From: Bilabrum cf. latius
Taxonomy: Eukaryota
Direction: 5' to 3'
Length of the DNA: 64,000 bases
Assembly: GCA_965178125.1 (NCBI GenBank)
Contig: OZ237739.1
Coordinates: forward strand, 682,001-746,000
The position numbers were made by a program, and so were the translations under genes. The notes under the pieces were generated by a model. It had not been told where the DNA came from. It ran no database searches and worked only from the letters and a program-made list of their open reading frames with translations. Positions 58,216 to 64,000 of this stretch are shown piece by piece. Position 1 is the stretch's first letter; every line of letters starts with the position of its first letter.

Positions 58216-61200
58216 ATGCGCACGAACTCTTTGGGTGAACTCTGCCTCAGCAGGCTCATGCTCGCCTTTTCTACCATTTTTTGCAGATCCATAGCGCAAA
58301 GTAGACACAGTTCATCCGAAATTAATCCCTAGGCGCGCAAACTCTCGTCTACTACGCTACCGGACCCCGTAAAGGACGTAGACACAATCGGGCATGGAAC
58401 GACTGGGATCACCACCCTGCAGAACGGAATCTACTTTGGCTCGGGCGTTACGATGATTGATGACCTGAATGGAGATGGAAGGCCAGAGATGGTTGTAGGA
58501 GCGGACGGATACGACGACGGTGGACCGAATGGAGGCGCCATCGTTGTGATTTAGATGGGCGCGGGTGGCTTGCCGGAATCTAGCTCGCTTGTGCCGAGCA
58601 CACAAGTGGATATGTGGTCAGAATTTACCTTGGGCGACTATTCGTAGTTCGGATTCAGCGTCTGCGGTTACACGCCGCACTAGGACGGGACAAGCCGTGT
58701 GGTTGTTGGTGCACCCGGCGTGTCCGACGCGCGGGGCTCGGTCTTCCTCATCGGGCTCTCGAGCTCCAGAGTTGCGTAGCGCTTGTCTTCGGACATGATC
58801 ACCTCCGTGAACGGCTATTCCTTGGAGGACTTTGACAAGTTTGGTAACAGCGTCGCCTGGGTGACCGGACTGGGCAGTGGACCCGGGGCAACGGACGCCA
58901 TCGTGGTGGGCGCACCCGGTGACGACGACCGCGACTCCGGTGCGGGGGCCGTCTACGTTCTGTTCGTGAACGCGCAGGGCTCGGTGGACGACGAGAACAA
59001 GATTTCCGGCTCCGGCGGCACCCTCGGGACGTTCGCCGTGGACAGCTTCGGCGAGTCGGTCGGCAGCCTGGGTGACGTCGACGACGACTCAGTTCCGGAT
59101 ATTGCAGTGGGAGCGCACTACCATGACGACGGAAGCTCGGACGCTGGCGCTGTATGGGTGATCTTCCTCACCACAGCCGGGGGAAGCAAGGACTACAGCA
59201 AGCTGGCGCACTCCAGCGGAGGCATAGCCCTTGGCAGCCTGGACGACTACGCATACTTTGGCAAGTCTGTCTGCGGGATGGGAGACCTGAACGGTGATTC
59301 AATTCCGGATCTTGCGGTAGGGGCCACCGGGGATTCCGATGCGGGAACGAACGCGGGGGCTGTCTTCATCATCACTTTGGACAGGGAGGGGCAGGCGACA
59401 GGGCAGGGCAAGATCACGGGCGGCACGGGAGGCCTCGCAGCGGCTGCAGTGAGTGCGCGGGACAAGTTTGGCACGAGCGTGGCTGCAATCCCCGGCAAGT
59501 CATCCGGCGACCGGACTCGCCTGGCCGTGGGGGCGGCCTACCGAAGCCTGGGGGGCACTGAGAGGGGCGCCGTTCACCTGCTGGAGCTGGCGAACTTGGT
59601 ACCGACCCCTAGTCCAACACCCAGCCCCTCTTCCAGCCCCTTGCCCACGCCCAGCTTCACTCCAACACCAAGTCCCAGCCCGGAGTGGCCACGGTTCAAC
59701 AGTCCCCCACCGGGCGTGTACTTTTTAGATCCAGACAGGCTACCCTCTGATTGGGACTGGACGACCGCAACAGAGCCACGGACGGTGGACGGAACCACAT
59801 ATAGCACCGCCTCAGTGACGGTGTCACCGGACAGAAGGGTCCTGACGATGACCCAGGAGCAGTGCGCCGGGGCCTATGCCTAGCTGTCGCTAGGCCATCC
59901 GATCGGAGACCTCAGCCTGACCTTCGCGGTATCAGCCAGCACCAGCGCGACGATCCCATAGGAGACCCACTTCATGCTGGTAGACTCAAATGGTACCCAG
60001 CTGGACAACGAACTAGTGACATCGACAGCCCTTGCTGGAACGCAGGTGCAATTGGCTGCTGCTGGCCTCACTAATGGACTGGAGGTCTTCTTCCTCGTGC
60101 GGTTCTGGCCGCAGGACCCCTACTACTACGGCTGCAGCGGTGACGTCGCATCTCCACACACGCTGCCACTGCCTGCCAGAGGAGGCACCAAGTGCGGTGT
60201 GCAGGCCTGCGATGGCGCTGGCGTCGGACAGATGAGGGTTGTGATGACGCTCACCCCACCTAGCATTGAGGGCAACTTTGGGGGGATGGCACCTTCTGCT
60301 CTCACCGACATGCGTGTGACGAGTGACCCAGGGAATAGAGGCCTGGGGTGGGGCTTCAATGCGCTGCTTGTTGGGGCCATGTGCAAAGGCAAGGCGTTGG
60401 CGTCGGCGTCGCGATGTGTCACGCAGGGCAGCGTGCTGGGAGCCACCTGCGACAACCTGAACTTCGCGGCGGACGGCCAGAGCCTCCGGTGCGACGTCTC
60501 CGGTCTGTCACCGCAGGCCGGCAGTACTAACCAATCTTTGCTCGTGCGTCGCCTTGGCACTGGGCCGCATCTGTCTATCGGAATTATGAAATGGCAGGAA
60601 GGCAGGGTGGACCATGCTGACCGAGTGCCCTATACGATGCTGGAGGACGCAAACCGCCACAAGACGCAGGGGGTGTCGATGATCGAGAGCCTTGGTACGA
60701 GTCTGACCGGCGGACGATCCGCGATCGTCACGAGGGCAAGTGCCATCCGGCTGGGTAGCTCTCTGTCCCTCCCCGGCGGCAACGGCGCTCTATTTGTTCA
60801 CACCACAGACGATGCGTTCATTGCAAGGTCCCTAAACCTGACCGAGACCGCGTTTGGGAACGGCCAAGCAGATGCTGTCTCCACATCCAACCCCCTGCAC
60901 CTCCCCTCCGGCAGCTCAGTGCAGCTTCTCGGAGACATTGACGGCAGAGACGGCGTGGTGCAGCACGTGATCACCGGCAACCCGTCCATCAGCTCGCTTA
61001 CTGTGAGGACCGTGTATCCGGCAGAGGACCCCTTGGGAGACCTGCCGTTCGCAGTGAAAGACTCGTACACCATAGCGCCCAGCGAGTACGCGGGAAAACG
61101 CTACGGTGCGAGTATCTCATACATGGGAAGGGGATTGCTTGGCAGGATGGTTATTCACGACCCAGTTGTGGCAGTAGGTGCGCCCAGTGCGGCGGCTGTT

Positions 61201-64000
61201 GACGTGTTCTTGCTAAAGCGAGTTGGGTCAGCAGGGAGTTACGCCCGTAGTAGAGTACCTATTACGACGCTATCCACCGGTATGCTGCCGCCAGCCTCGG
61301 CTTTTGGCTCGTCCTTGTGCTATCTGGGCCCGCTTCGACCGGAAGAGCAGGGAACGGAGTGGGAGCCGGCCCGCATGGCTGGGTAGGTGGCGATTGCAGT
61401 GGGCGCCCCCCACTACACTGACCGCCTTGCTGGAGACATGCAAACCGGCGTGATCGTGCTGATCTTAATGGATGTCGGCTGGAACGGCACTGCGGGCTCA
61501 CCGACGCTCCGGGGCACCTGGAGACACATCCTCAGCCCAGTGAAGAATTTGCCCGGCGCCCTGCCTCCAGTGCGTACCTCGCTGTATGACGAAAGCGGAC
61601 CTGTGCCGTACCCGGACTTGTTCGACCAGTCATGCTTCGGGGTCTCCATCGAGCTCGTTGGCTTCCGGTACGATGACGATGCGGATGACCGCTCGGTGGT
61701 GCTAGCAGTGGGCGCCCATTACCAAGACAGACAGAAGGGCGCCGTGCTCCTGACGTCAGTCAACGTGGGTCCAATAACTCCGGACATGACTGTTGAGCGC
61801 ATGCTCACCGTCTATGACATGCAGCCGGCGGAAGAAGACATGTACGACGTGCGGGAATCGAGTTGCAGCTTTGGTGTGGGCATGGAAATGATGCGATCGT
61901 ACGACGTGCCGCTGCACATGCAGTCCCTCAATCTGCTGGTGGGAATGCACCCGGGGTTCTGCGGATCTGGTGCACTGCAGGTACAACTGCGGGATATTAT
62001 CGGCAACGACTCGGAGCCGATCTATCCCAACCCTCCGTGGATGCACCGGGCAGACGCGTTGATCCTCGATGCCCTGGAGTGCAGTGGCACGGCCAGTTTG
62101 TGCCAGTCGTTGGCAGCGGCCGGTGGCAGTGGAGGCCAGCCAGTAGGCCAAGCCGGGGACGCGGTGCTGCTTGGTGCAGCACCGACCGAGGCAGCGTACC
62201 TCGAAGCACTCGGGCTTGGTATCAACGCCAGCACTACCGGTCCCGGCAGTGATTTTCATGCTAGAAATCGGAACAGGACCATGTACCACGTTCAGAGGGC
62301 TGCATGTCAGCTGGCCGGGGATGCCCTCGGGGGGCAAGCACCGGCTGCAACTGGAGGTGACAGAGCGCGGCAAGGTGACATCCTGTGGGCCGGTCCGGCT
62401 GCAGCGTGCTAGGCGTCGTTCGCTAACCAGCCAGGTGGCCTGCTTGCTGTGGTAATTGCACGCAACCACTCAGAAGGTCACTGGAGGCCGGGAATGCCAG
62501 TTCTGGAGGGACCTCTTCCATCGGAGTTGGGACTGGCGCAGGAGGCTGCCATGGTCTGGGTAGGTGGGCTTCGGTGCCTCACACGGTCTTGGGTCGACGG
62601 CCCGTCGTGGGTCACTATCACGTGCGAGCCGGAGAGGGGGCTAGTTCCGGGTTTGGCTGAGGTGGTGGTACGCTCGGGTGGGGGCGGCTGGTCCACCGAT
62701 GGGCTGGAGGCTCGAGGGATTCGGAGTGGGAGTGGGTGTGCACTCGCTTCCAGGCAAGCCGGAGGTGGATACCCTCGTCCAGAGGAGCCGTCTGCCGACG
62801 GCGTTGCCTGCGTCGCCATTGGTTACGCGGGAGAACTCGGATTGCGAGCGGTGGAATCCGCTGCACTTGACGAGAAATGGTGGGAGGTGCCCTTGCTGCC
62901 GTCAGAGGAGGCGATCTTCGAACCAGTCGGGAATGCCTGGCACGGCGGCTCTGTGCTCGATGCAAGCAAACGGAGCGTGGCCGGCGGTGCAAACGCTCTG
63001 TCTACAGGAGTAGCCACCGATTCGTCGTTGTGGGCGCTACGTGAGAAACACAGGAGCCCTGCTTCCCTTGGCTACCAGCACGTGCGCCTTCGGATGGGTA
63101 CCCTCTCCTGCAGAGTGTCGCCCGATGCAGGCAGTCTGATGGGACTGCAATCCCGGAACTAGCAGACTGGAAGTAGCAGGGTATCCTGCTGGGTGCACGA
63201 TGACCTCCCGGGCGGGCCGTTCCAGGCTGGCATGCACCTTCCTGGGCTGGAGTGGCTGGAGACGGCGGTCATCCCCGCATCTATCGAAGGCGACGATGCA
63301 GCTGTTGCGCCCCTATGGGTGCGATGGGCGAGATCGTAGCTCCAGGGGGTAGAGCCGCGGAAATTCTCTGTCCTAGACATGCTTCAGTCACACCGAGACG
63401 CGTCGTTGAACACGACAGTCACTCTGCGTGGGACTGGGCTAGAGCAAAATGGAACGTCGGCCGCTGTGGAGGTGTTTGTAGGAGGGGCACGCTGCCTTGG
63501 CATCGAGTATGCGGGCACAGATGCCATTCGCTGCCGAGTGCGGCCTGTCGAGGTGCGCAGTGGTGTCATCGAAATTGTGCGAGGCTCAGGAGGGCTTCTA
63601 CTTGATCCAACAGGGATTGATGCGCAGCAGGAATGGGCCATACTATCGGGAGTGGGTTCGTCCGTTTCGCTTGGAGTCCCGGCGCCAGTCGTATTGCCGG
63701 AACAAGGCTCCCCTAGTGACCGGCACACAGGGCTGCTGTCACCCGCAAACCCGGCCGTCCTGGGGTCAAGCCCCACCACCATGTCCACGAGGGGGGGTTC
63801 CGACCTGCAGCTCCTAGGCGTTGATCTAGGGGCATCACAGGGGGAGTATATCGCTTCAGTGGATATAGATGGCACGCCATGTCAAAACCTCACGTGGTTT
63901 TCCGACTTTGTCCTGCGATGCACCTCCGCTGCTTCGCTCGGAGGATAGGGCACGGTCAACGTGAATTCCATCTGGGGCCAGACCTTTGACAGCGCGCCTG
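58216..64000 (+). CDS. Large extracellular FG-GAP (integrin-alpha-like propeller) repeat protein with Pro/Ser/Thr linker and IPT/TIG domains; 3'-partial, start uncertain (TAG read as Gln)
   Basis: One frame from ~58216 to the window end with only TAG interruptions. YFGSGVTMIDDLNGDGRPEMVVGA; FGESVGSLGDVDDDSVPDIAVGA; YFGKSVCGMGDLNGDSIPDLAVGA; VVGAPG..GAVYV; a second degenerate FG-GAP set at ~61100-61750; IPT-like STRGGSDLQLLGVDLG..VDIDGTPC..LRC. Confidence 0.8.

Noticed and set aside
1-64000. Prokaryotic or phage origin (TAG=Gln recoding is known in some phages)
   Set aside because: Spliceosomal introns, a CCA-less tRNA with an oligo-T terminator, and eukaryote-specific proteins (CAF-1A-like, IQ/WW) indicate a nuclear genome.

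Overview
Eukaryotic nuclear DNA that is compact, GC-rich and intron-poor. It is probably a protist; a stramenopile/bicosoecid-like heterotroph is a guess from gene style only. The main signal is a non-standard genetic code. The fragmented ORF track joins into about 12 long single-frame genes if TAG is read as a sense codon. There are well over 100 in-frame TAGs by hand count. They fall on conserved Gln positions (IQ motifs, sulfatase DQxR, DBH IPxQxTTY, centrin-like LSxxQK, poly-Q runs). Genes end only in TGA or, once, TAA. So UAG=Gln while UAA and UGA remain stops. Genes: a giant IQ/ankyrin/WW protein, an EF-hand/WD40 protein, a CNBD-family K+ channel, a giant type-I membrane protein, a sulfatase, a CAF-1 subunit A-like protein, a PH-like protein, an EGF/mucin/ELWxxDGT membrane protein whose stalk is built from four phase-0 micro-exons, a hypothetical protein, an ApaG-domain gene with a tandem 3'-half duplicate, a DOMON/DBH-like monooxygenase and a partial FG-GAP/IPT protein. 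A tRNA-Gly(GCC) heads a ~26-copy, ~133-bp tandem array, each unit repeating the tRNA 3' end and terminator; an orphan copy lies 5.3 kb away. All coordinates were worked out by hand and no database searches were run.
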